Shown here one piece after another: positions 11,209 through 19,011 of a stretch of DNA of 64,000 nt (positions within the stretch are counted from its first letter, which is position 1; every line of letters begins with the position of its first letter). Below the pieces are notes generated by a model. The model saw only the letters and a list, made by a program, of their open reading frames with translations. It had not been told where the DNA came from and made no database searches. The DNA comes from an uncultured Acidobacteriota bacterium. Its GTDB lineage: Bacteria > Acidobacteriota > Thermoanaerobaculia > UBA5066 > Gp7-AA6. The stretch spans positions 163,741 to 227,740 of the forward strand of contig CAVZNW010000002.1 of the NCBI GenBank assembly GCA_963776755.1, read 5' to 3'. A program made the translations under genes and the position numbers.

Positions 11209-12398
11209 GCCGCGCGGCGGCCCCTCGCGGGACGCGCCTTGCGAGCGGCCTTGCGCACGGGCGCCTCGAGCACCGCGGCCTTGACGCAGACGACGGGCGG
11301 CAGACCTTCACGCACGAGCTCCCAGGAACGGCCCTCGTCCCGCGAGGCGTAGACCTTGCCGCTGCGCGTCCCGAAGTAGACGCCCGCCGGATCGAGCGCG
11401 TCGACGCCCATGCCGTCGCGGACCACGGTCTCCAGGGCGTCCTTCTGCGGGAGCCCGCGGGTCATGGGCTGCCACGAGCGGCCCGCGTCGCTCGTCCGAT
11501 AGACGCGGAGCTTGCCGTCGGGCGTGCAGCGGAAACCGTCGGAATGGAGCGGCACGATGAAGGCGGTGTCGGGGTCGCGCGGGTGGATGCCCATGCAGAA
11601 ACCGAAGTCCGACGGGACGCCGTGGGCGATGTCCGTCCAGGAGTCGCCGCCGTCGTCGCTGCGGTAGAGGCCCCAGTGGTTCTGAAGGAAGAGCCGTCCC
11701 GGCCGGGTCGAGTGGTGAACGATCTTGTGGACGCACTGGCCGAACTCGGGATGCTTGTCGGGAAGGAACTCGGCGCGCACGCCGCGGTTGCGCGCGTTCC
11801 AGGTGACGCCGCCGTCGTCCGAGCGGTAGACGCCGCCGGTCGAGCTGGCGACGGTCAGCCGTTGCGGCCGGTTCGGGTCCACGAGAACGGTGTGCAGGCA
11901 GAGGCCGCCGCCGCCCGGCTTCCACTTCGCCCGGTGCGGGTGGTTCCAGAGGCCGTCGTTCAGGGCCCAGGTCTTCCCGGCGTCGCGCGACTGGAAGAGG
12001 GCCGAGGGCTCGACACCGCAGTAGAGGACGTCCGGTTCCGCGGCGCGGCCCGGGGAGATCTGCCAGATGTTCTTGAGCGACGCCCCCGCGGTCTCGGGGA
12101 AGCGGACGAGCGGCTCGGCGGGGCGCTTCCAGCTCCGGCCGAGGTCGTCGGTCCAGGCGAGCTCGGCGCCCCAGTGCATGCTCGACGGCGCCGCCCAGAT
12201 GCGGCGGCGCCCGGCGCGGCCGTCGAAGGCGGCGCCGTAGACGGAGCTTCCCGGGAAGAAGGGCCCGGCCGCGCGCCAGCGCCGCCGTGCGGGACCGGAC
12301 GAGAAGAGGAAGAGCCCCTTCATCGTTCCGACGAGCAGCACGACGTCTCCGGGGCGGGCGGGAAGGGCGGAAGGCGTCCGGATCTTCTTGGCCGGCAT
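11205..12398 (-). CDS. BNR/Asp-box repeat beta-propeller protein (sialidase-fold-like). Function unknown.
   Basis: 397 aa with at least five Asp-boxes (SRDAGKTW, SDDGGVTW, SDDGGDSW, SDAGRSW, SRDEGRSW). Lys/Arg-rich C-terminal tail. Confidence 0.7.
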   Translation of the reverse strand: MPAKKIRTPSALPARPGDVVLLVGTMKGLFLFSSGPARRRWRAAGPFFPGSSVYGAAFDGRAGRRRIWAAPSSMHWGAELAWTDDLGRSWKRPAEPLVRFPETAGASLKNIWQISPGRAAEPDVLYCGVEPSALFQSRDAGKTWALNDGLWNHPHRAKWKPGGGGLCLHTVLVDPNRPQRLTVASSTGGVYRSDDGGVTWNARNRGVRAEFLPDKHPEFGQCVHKIVHHSTRPGRLFLQNHWGLYRSDDGGDSWTDIAHGVPSDFGFCMGIHPRDPDTAFIVPLHSDGFRCTPDGKLRVYRTSDAGRSWQPMTRGLPQKDALETVVRDGMGVDALDPAGVYFGTRSGKVYASRDEGRSWELVREGLPPVVCVKAAVLEAPVRKAARKARPARGRRAA

Positions 12399-12410
12399 AG
12401 GCGTGCGATC

Positions 12411-13001
12411 TTACGCCGTCCAGCGCCGGAAGAGGTCCGTGACTTTTCGGCGCAGGTCCTCGAGGGTGCCGTTGTTCACGATGACGTCGTCGGCGCGTTC
12501 GCGCGCGATCTCGGCCCGGATCTGGGAGGAGATGCGGCGTCGCGCGTCTTCGGGGTCGCCGCCCCGATCGCCCCAGCGGCGAACGCGCTCCTCCTCGGGC
12601 GCCATGACGAGGACCACCCGGTCGTAGTCGGACTCGGTGCCCGCTTCGAGCAGCTGCGAGGCCTCGACGACGGCGACGCGGGCGCCGGCCTTTTCGGCCT
12701 CGCCGAAGAATCGCTGGCGCTCCGCGGCGACGAGCGGGTGGATCCGCGCCTCCAGGGCGTGGCGCGCCGCCGCGTCCGAGAACACGATGGCCGCGATGCG
12801 GGTCCGGTCGACCCGGCCGTCCGGCCCGAGGACCGAAGCGCCGAAGATGTCCCGGGCGGCGGCCGCGCCGGCCCCGCCCTCGCGGTAGAGCGCGCGGACG
12901 ATCTCGTCCGCGTCGAGGACGGCCGCGCCGAGGTCTTCCAGGATCTCGGCGACCGTGGACTTGCCGGAGGCGAGGCCTCCCGTCAGGCCGACCCGAAGCA
13001 T
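12411..13001 (-). CDS. coaE: Dephospho-CoA kinase
   Basis: MLRVGLTGGLASGKSTVAEIL (P-loop at the N-terminus) with CoaE-like length (196 aa). ATGA overlap with the upstream stop at 13001. Confidence 0.85.
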   Translation of the reverse strand: MLRVGLTGGLASGKSTVAEILEDLGAAVLDADEIVRALYREGGAGAAAARDIFGASVLGPDGRVDRTRIAAIVFSDAAARHALEARIHPLVAAERQRFFGEAEKAGARVAVVEASQLLEAGTESDYDRVVLVMAPEEERVRRWGDRGGDPEDARRRISSQIRAEIARERADDVIVNNGTLEDLRRKVTDLFRRWTA

Positions 13002-14305
13002 CAGGGCGCGGGCGCCTTCACCACCTCGCCGCCCTTCATCACGAAGTCGATGTTCGACAGGGCCGAGACGCCGGCGAGCGGATCGCCCGGCATCGCGACG
13101 AGATCGGCGAAGGCGCCCTTCTCCACCGTGCCGACCAGGCCGGTCATGCCGAGCAGGTCCGCCGCGACGGTCGTGGCGCTGCGGATGGCCTCGATCGGCG
13201 TCATGCCGAGCTTGACCTCGAACTCGAATTCCTTGGCCTGGTTCAGCTCGGTCCAGGGAAAGCCGCCGGCATCGGTGCCGAACGCGATCTTGACGCCCGC
13301 CTTCCGGCAGTTGTCGAAGGACTTCGCATGGACCTTCTCCGTCTCCGCGCACACCGCGCACCCCGCGGCTGCCCGCGGACCGGCGACGTAGTCGGCCACG
13401 GTCAGCGTCGGCACGAGGAAGATGCCGCGGCGCGCCATCTCGGCGGCCGCCTCGGGGCGGATCGAGTCGCCGTGCTCGATCGTGTCGACGCCGGCGGCCA
13501 GTGCGATCCGGAGGCCCGAGTCCGACCGCGCGTGCGCCGCGACGCGGACGCCGTGGGCATGGGCCTCGGAGACGACGGCCTCGATCTCCTCCTTCGTCCA
13601 GTTGGGAGGCGAATCGATGTAGCCGTCGGAGGTCAGCCGGAGCCCCCCGGTGTTCGCATAGATCTTGACCCAGTCGGTCCCGTACGAGAGCTGTTCGCGC
13701 ACCGCCCTGCGGCACCCGTCGGCGCCGTCGCAGACCATGACGCCGCTCGGGAACTTCCAGTCGGGGCGGTAGCGCTGGATCGGGTAGGAGCCCGTCGTCG
13801 AGAGCGCCGGCCCGACGACCTTCAGCCGCGGCCCGGGGACGACGCCCTCGTTGACCGCGTCGCGCAGCGCCACGTCGTCGTAGCCGGCGCCCTCGGTCTC
13901 GAGGTCCCGCATCGTCGTGAAGCCGTGCTCGAGGCCGATCTTCATGGCGCGCACGGCGCGCGCCACCCGGTGGGCCGGGTACTCCTTGAGGATCTGCTCG
14001 TCGTACTCGACGGCCGTCGGATCGCCCTGCAGGAGGATGTGGGTGTGGGCGTCGATCAGGCCCGGCAGCAGCACGCGGTTGCCGAGATCGATGACGCGCG
14101 CGCCGGCCGGCGCCGCGGTTCCCACGCTCTCGATGCGGCCGCCGACCACGACGACGACCGGGCGCTCGACGTAGCGGCCGGTCTTCACGTCGAGCAGGCG
14201 CGCGGCCTTGATGGCGATCGGGGTCGGCGGGGGAGGCTCCGCCGCGAAGACGGCGGCGGCCACGAGGCATCCCAGGGCGGCGGCGAGGGTGAGTCGTTTC
14301 GTCAC
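13001..14305 (-). CDS. Exported metal-dependent amidohydrolase (imidazolonepropionase-like family)
   Basis: GTG 14305 is preceded by AGGAGG. Signal peptide VTKRLTLAAALGCLVAAAVFA. LLPGLIDAHTHIL (HxH metal motif), ...HAHGVRVAAHA..., ...FGTDAG... Confidence 0.8.
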   Translation of the reverse strand: MTKRLTLAAALGCLVAAAVFAAEPPPPTPIAIKAARLLDVKTGRYVERPVVVVVGGRIESVGTAAPAGARVIDLGNRVLLPGLIDAHTHILLQGDPTAVEYDEQILKEYPAHRVARAVRAMKIGLEHGFTTMRDLETEGAGYDDVALRDAVNEGVVPGPRLKVVGPALSTTGSYPIQRYRPDWKFPSGVMVCDGADGCRRAVREQLSYGTDWVKIYANTGGLRLTSDGYIDSPPNWTKEEIEAVVSEAHAHGVRVAAHARSDSGLRIALAAGVDTIEHGDSIRPEAAAEMARRGIFLVPTLTVADYVAGPRAAAGCAVCAETEKVHAKSFDNCRKAGVKIAFGTDAGGFPWTELNQAKEFEFEVKLGMTPIEAIRSATTVAADLLGMTGLVGTVEKGAFADLVAMPGDPLAGVSALSNIDFVMKGGEVVKAPAP

Positions 14306-14381
14306 AGTCCCTCCTGAACGGCTTTCCGGAAGCCTATCGCGGCCGCCGGCGCAACTTTTTTCGCTCTCCCCTAAACAATCG

Positions 14382-14408
14382 ACAGGAGACCGCCGTATGC
14401 TCTCCTGT
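14382..14408. promoter_or_regulatory. Perfect 8-bp inverted repeat ACAGGAGA-N11-TCTCCTGT. Candidate PadR operator in the divergent promoter region.
   Basis: Read directly: ACAGGAGA at 14382-14389 and TCTCCTGT at 14401-14408, 22 nt upstream of the PadR ATG (14430). It sits inside the 124-nt intergenic region between the divergent amidohydrolase and padR genes. Confidence 0.4.
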
Positions 14409-14429
14409 AGAGATCCGAGGGGAGGGCCG

Positions 14430-14762
14430 ATGGCCGCGGAACGAAGCGATTTGCTGCAGGGAACTCTCGACGTCCTGGTCCTGAAGACGCTCGGCAACGG
14501 GCCGATGCACGGCTGGGGGATCGCCGCCCGCATCCAGCAGCTTTCCCAGGACGTGCTGGAGGTCAACCAGGGCTCGCTGTATCCGGCCCTCCACCGGCTG
14601 GAGCAGAAGGGCTGGATCTCGGCCGAGTGGGGCAGCTCCGAGAACAACCGCCGAGCCCGGTTCTACACGCTGACCCGGTCCGGACGCCGGCAGCTCGCCG
14701 ACGAGACCGAGAGCTGGGAGCGCTTTGCCGCCGCGGTCGGGCGAGTGCTCGCGGCGACGTAG
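14430..14762 (+). CDS. PadR-family transcriptional regulator (Acidobacterial PadR type)
   Basis: GGAGGG ribosome-binding site before the start. MAAERSDLLQGTLDVLVLKTLGNGPMHGWGIAARIQQLSQDVLEVNQGSLYPALHRLEQKGWISAEWG...RFYTLTRSGRRQL is a canonical PadR winged helix. Confidence 0.9.
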   Translation: MAAERSDLLQGTLDVLVLKTLGNGPMHGWGIAARIQQLSQDVLEVNQGSLYPALHRLEQKGWISAEWGSSENNRRARFYTLTRSGRRQLADETESWERFAAAVGRVLAAT

Positions 14763-14774
14763 AGGAGAACGACG

Positions 14775-17438
14775 ATGTTCAAGAGACTGTTCGGCAGCGT
14801 CCGGTCCCTCTTCGCGGGCAAGCGCATCGAGCACGAGCTCGACGAAGAGATCGGCTTCCATCTCCAGCGGGAGACGGAGGAGAACGTGCGGCGCGGGATG
14901 GCCCCGGCGGCGGCTCGGACCGAGGCCCTGCGGAAGTTCGGCGGGGTCGAGAAGACCAAGGAGGAGGTCCGCGACGCGGACCGCGCGCGCCTGCTCGAGA
15001 CGGTCCTCCAGGACGTGAAGTACGGCCTGCGCTCGCTGCGCAAGAACCCGGGCTACGCGGCGGCGGCGGTCCTGACGCTGGCCCTCGGGATCGGCGCCAA
15101 CACGGCGATCTTCTCGGTCGTCCACGGCGTCCTGCTGCAGTCCCTGCCGTACGGCGGCGGCGATCGGCTGGTGCGCCTCCAGGTGGATGCGCCCGGCGCG
15201 GGCATCTCGGACGGGCAGTTCTCGCCCCCCGAGGTCGCGGACCTGCAGAACCTGACGCACAGCTTCGACGCCGTGGTCGAGTACCACTCGATGTGGTTCG
15301 TGCTGCTCGGCAAGGAGGAGCCCGAGCGGGTCCAGACGGGCGTGGTCTCCGCCCATTTCTTCGACCTGCTGGGCGTCAAGCCGATCCTCGGCCGCACGTT
15401 CGCGAAGGGCGAGGACCAGCACGGCGCCGAGGCGGTCCTCGTGCTCTCGCACGACTACTGGATGCGGAGCTTCGGCGGCGACCCGAAGGTCGTGGGCCGC
15501 GTCTTCACGATGAACGACCGTCCCCACACCGTGATCGGCGTTCTGCCCGCGATCCCGGGATACCCCGACCAGAACGACGTCTACATGCCGATCTCGGCCT
15601 GCCCGTTCCGGTCGGATCCTTCCATGGAGAACGATCGCGACGGCGGAATGCTGCGCGCCTTCGGCCGCTTGAAGAACGGCACGCCGCTGTCGGCCGCGAA
15701 GAAGGACCTGCACGATGTGGCCACGCGCCTCTCGCAGGACTATCCGAAGAACTACCCCTCGTCCTCCCGTCTCGCCCTGGGAGCGGTGTCGCTGCGCGAA
15801 GAGTTGACGCGGCAGGCCCGTCCCACGTTCCTCATGCTGACGGCGACCGTCGGGCTCGTGCTCCTCATCGCGTGCGCGAACGTGGCGAACCTGACGCTCT
15901 CGCGCCTGGTGCGGCGCGAGCGGGAGATGGCGCTTCGCTCGGCCCTCGGCGCCGGGCGCGGGAGGCTCGCCCGGCAGCTCCTGACCGAGAGCGTCGTCGT
16001 CGCGGTCCTCGGGGGCCTTCTCGGCCTCGCGGTCGCGGCCGCCGGCCGGAAGATGCTCGTCCTCTTCGCCGCCCGCTTCACGCCGCGGGCGGCCGAGATC
16101 GTGGTCGACGGGCCCGTGCTTCTCTTCACGCTCGCCGTCTCGCTCGTCGCCGGAATCGGCCTGGGACTGATCCCGGCGCTGTCGTCGCGGCGCAGCCTCG
16201 TCTCGGCGCTGCAGAACGGCCGCGACCCGGCGGCCACGGTGCCGGGGCGGGTCCGGATGCGCAACGTCCTCATCGTCGGCCAGGTCGCGGTCTCCTTCGT
16301 CCTGCTGGCCGGGGCCGGGCTGATGCTGCGCACCCTCTGGAAGCTGCAGCAGATCGACCCCGGCTACAAGACCGAGCGCGTCCTGACCTCGCGCCTCGAT
16401 CTCAACTTCACGCGGTACCGCGAGCGGGAGAAGCAGCTCGACTTCCTGGAGCGACTGCTGACGAAGCTCTCGGCCGAGCCCGGCGTGGCGTCGGCGGCCC
16501 TCGCCGGCCGGTTCCCCCTGACCGAAAGCGGGCCCGCCAACGGCCGGTTCCGGATCGAGGGCCGCGAGGCCGCGACGCCGGAGGCCCTGCCCCGGGCCGA
16601 CTTCCAGCGGGTCAGCGCCGACTACTTCAAGACCATCGGCGTGCCGATCCTGAAGGGCCGTGCCCTGACGGCCGCCGACCGCACGAATGCGCCCGACTCC
16701 GCCGTCATCAACAAGACGATGGCGAGCCACGTCTTCCCGGGAGAAGACCCGATCGGGCGGCGGATCGGCGTCGACGGCAACGAGCCCGGCGAGGTTCGCT
16801 GGCTGACCATCGTCGGCGTCTCGGGCGACGTCCGGCAGTACGGCCTCGCCAAGCTGCCGATCGACCAGATCTACCTGTCCATCCTGCAGTTCCCGGGTCT
16901 CTCGACCGCGTGTCTCGTCCGGACGACGGCCGAGCCGATGGCGCTGACCAAGACGGTCCGGGAGGCCGTGCACTCGATCGGTCCCGAGCAGCCGGTCGAC
17001 CGGTTCCGGACCCTCGAGGACATGCACGCGAGCGCCCTCGACATGCCGCGCCTGACGGCGGTCCTGCTCGCGGCGTTCGCCAGCCTCGCTCTCGTCATCA
17101 CGGCCACCGGGATCGCCGGCGTCATCGGCTTCACCGTCGGGCAGCGGCGCCAGGAGTTCGGCATCCGCATGGCGCTCGGCGCCCTCCCGGGCGGGGTGGT
17201 GCGGATGGTGCTCGGCCAGGGCATGCGCCTGGTCGCGCTGGGGCTGGCGATCGGCGTCGCGGGCGCCTTCGCGCTCTCGCGCCTCCTGGCGGGACTCCTG
17301 TACGAAACCACGCCGGGCGACCCGCCGACCTACGTGGCCGTCGCGGTCGTGCTCGCCTTCGTCGCCGCGGTCGCCTGCTTCGTGCCGGCCCGCCGCGCGA
17401 CGACGGTCGATCCCATGGTCGCTCTTCGCAACGCCTGA
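14775..17438 (+). CDS. ADOP-type duplicated FtsX/MacB-like ABC permease carrying an N-terminal cytoplasmic 'prefix' extension of about 74 aa
   Basis: 887 aa, starting 12 nt after padR with a GAGGAG ribosome-binding site. The prefix reads ...[47 protein letters not shown]..., followed by [17 protein letters not shown]. Two FtsX-type blocks ([43 protein letters not shown] and [19 protein letters not shown]). C-terminus ...[18 protein letters not shown]. Confidence 0.9.
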   Translation: MFKRLFGSVRSLFAGKRIEHELDEEIGFHLQRETEENVRRGMAPAAARTEALRKFGGVEKTKEEVRDADRARLLETVLQDVKYGLRSLRKNPGYAAAAVLTLALGIGANTAIFSVVHGVLLQSLPYGGGDRLVRLQVDAPGAGISDGQFSPPEVADLQNLTHSFDAVVEYHSMWFVLLGKEEPERVQTGVVSAHFFDLLGVKPILGRTFAKGEDQHGAEAVLVLSHDYWMRSFGGDPKVVGRVFTMNDRPHTVIGVLPAIPGYPDQNDVYMPISACPFRSDPSMENDRDGGMLRAFGRLKNGTPLSAAKKDLHDVATRLSQDYPKNYPSSSRLALGAVSLREELTRQARPTFLMLTATVGLVLLIACANVANLTLSRLVRREREMALRSALGAGRGRLARQLLTESVVVAVLGGLLGLAVAAAGRKMLVLFAARFTPRAAEIVVDGPVLLFTLAVSLVAGIGLGLIPALSSRRSLVSALQNGRDPAATVPGRVRMRNVLIVGQVAVSFVLLAGAGLMLRTLWKLQQIDPGYKTERVLTSRLDLNFTRYREREKQLDFLERLLTKLSAEPGVASAALAGRFPLTESGPANGRFRIEGREAATPEALPRADFQRVSADYFKTIGVPILKGRALTAADRTNAPDSAVINKTMASHVFPGEDPIGRRIGVDGNEPGEVRWLTIVGVSGDVRQYGLAKLPIDQIYLSILQFPGLSTACLVRTTAEPMALTKTVREAVHSIGPEQPVDRFRTLEDMHASALDMPRLTAVLLAAFASLALVITATGIAGVIGFTVGQRRQEFGIRMALGALPGGVVRMVLGQGMRLVALGLAIGVAGAFALSRLLAGLLYETTPGDPPTYVAVAVVLAFVAAVACFVPARRATTVDPMVALRNA

Positions 17439-17452
17439 CACCGGAGGCCTTC

Positions 17453-18433
17453 ATGAAACGGACTGTCCTCGCGATCCTGATCCTGGCTTTCTCCCTCCCG
17501 GCCCTGGCCCTCGGCCCGAAGGAAGGCGGCGAGAAGAACGTCGCCGTGCTGCTCTTCCCCGGCGTCCAGATCATCGACTACACCGGACCCTGGGAAGTGC
17601 TCGGCCACGCCCGTGTCGACGGCAAGAAGGCCTTCCGCATCTACTCGGTCGGCGAGACGACCTCGCCGCTCGAGACGGCGATGGGCATGACGGTGATCCC
17701 GTCCTACGATCTCGCCCGGGCGCCGCGGCCCGACGTGCTCGTGATCCCGGGAGGCAACGTCGGTCCCCAGCTCGACCACGCCGCCCTCATCCGCTGGATC
17801 CAGGACAGCGCGAAGACCGCCGAGGTCGTGCTCTCCGTCTGCAACGGCGCGTTCTTCCTCGCGCAGGCGGGGCTGCTCGACGGTCTCGAGGCCACGACGT
17901 TCGCGGGCATGATCGACGACCTGAAGACGGCGGCGCCGAAGACGAAGGTCGTGCGCGACAAGCGCTTCGTCGACAACGGCAAGATCATCACGGCCGCGGG
18001 GCTCTCCTCGGGCATCGACGGCGCCCTGCACGTCATCGAGAAGCTCTACGGCAAGGGGACGGCCCAGATCGCGGCCGTCGGCATGGAGTACGACTGGCGC
18101 CCGGACTCGGGCTGGGCCCGCGCGAGCCTCGCCGACGAGCACCTCGACGCGGGTTACCAGGTGGCCAACGAGTACCCGCGCACGCTCCTGCGGTACGAGG
18201 GGACGCGGGACCGCTGGGAGGCGAGCTGGAAGATCCGGACCGACGGCGGCGCCGCGGCGTTCCTGGCTCGTCTCGACAAGGCCTTCGCCGACTCGCCCGG
18301 CTGGAAGAAGCAGTCGGCCGGAACCTGGCGATTCGAAGGCGGCGGCGAGGCGTGGACGCAGACGGCGCGGGTCGAGCCGGCCCCCGGCGAACAGGCGCTC
18401 CTCGTCACGCTCGCCGTGGCCCGGTCGAAGTAG
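17453..18433 (+). CDS. Secreted DJ-1/PfpI-family protein with an extra C-terminal domain of about 110 aa
   Basis: Signal peptide [21 protein letters not shown]. The DJ-1/PfpI core has the nucleophile elbow [12 protein letters not shown] and ...[15 protein letters not shown]... The C-terminal part (from about DWRPDSGW...) has no motif I recognise. Confidence 0.75.
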   Translation: MKRTVLAILILAFSLPALALGPKEGGEKNVAVLLFPGVQIIDYTGPWEVLGHARVDGKKAFRIYSVGETTSPLETAMGMTVIPSYDLARAPRPDVLVIPGGNVGPQLDHAALIRWIQDSAKTAEVVLSVCNGAFFLAQAGLLDGLEATTFAGMIDDLKTAAPKTKVVRDKRFVDNGKIITAAGLSSGIDGALHVIEKLYGKGTAQIAAVGMEYDWRPDSGWARASLADEHLDAGYQVANEYPRTLLRYEGTRDRWEASWKIRTDGGAAAFLARLDKAFADSPGWKKQSAGTWRFEGGGEAWTQTARVEPAPGEQALLVTLAVARSK

Positions 18434-18519
18434 CTCGCCCTCGGTTCGGGCCGCTCGTCCGGGTCCGAAACCCTGGAGCGGCTTTCCCGTTTGAACATCC
18501 GGGGGAGGACCGCGCGCGC

Positions 18520-19011
18520 ATGACGACCTACGAGCTCTCCGTCAACGGCCGGAAGCGGAAGGTGGAGGCCGGCAATCCGGAGACGCCGCTCCTCTGGATC
18601 CTCCGCGACGTCCTGGGCCTGACCGGCACGAAATACGGATGCGGCGCCGGGATCTGCGGCGCCTGCACCCTGCACGTGGACGGCCGTGCGGCGCGGTCCT
18701 GCCAGGTCACGCTGGCGGAGGTCGCCGCGGCCGGCAGCCGGGTGACGACGATCGAGGGCCTCTCCGCCGACGGCCGCCATCCCTGCCAGAAGGCGTGGCT
18801 CGCCGAGGACGTCGCGCAGTGCGGCTATTGCCAGCCGGGAATGATCATGGAGGCGGCGGCGCTGCTGCGCGAGAAGCCGCGCCCGGCCGACGCGGACATA
18901 GACGCCGCTCTTTCCGACCACGTCTGCCGGTGCGGCACGTACGCGCGGATCCGGCGGGCGGTCCATGCGGCCGCGTCCGAGCCTCCGGCGGCGCAAGGGG
19001 CCGCCCGATGA
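18520..19011 (+). CDS. (2Fe-2S)-binding small subunit of an aldehyde-oxidase/isoquinoline-oxidoreductase-type molybdoenzyme (IorA-like)
   Basis: GGGGGAGG ribosome-binding site. [28 protein letters not shown] and CRCGTYARI are the two [2Fe-2S] cluster motifs. Confidence 0.85.
   Translation: MTTYELSVNGRKRKVEAGNPETPLLWILRDVLGLTGTKYGCGAGICGACTLHVDGRAARSCQVTLAEVAAAGSRVTTIEGLSADGRHPCQKAWLAEDVAQCGYCQPGMIMEAAALLREKPRPADADIDAALSDHVCRCGTYARIRRAVHAAASEPPAAQGAAR

Noticed and set aside
14334-17441. 1035-aa ORF antisense to the plus-strand ADOP permease
   Set aside because: It has an Arg/Gly/Asp/Pro-dominated low-complexity translation with no motifs. It lies exactly opposite an ORF with strong family signatures, a ribosome-binding site and operon context. 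This is a classic high-GC shadow ORF.
18434-18519. 86-nt region upstream of the iorA-like gene, checked for a Moco riboswitch or tRNA-like element (it contains GGTTCGGG)
   Set aside because: It is too short for a Moco riboswitch. The T-loop-like string lacks the conserved TTCGA/TTCAA core and has no flanking acceptor or anticodon stem complementarity.
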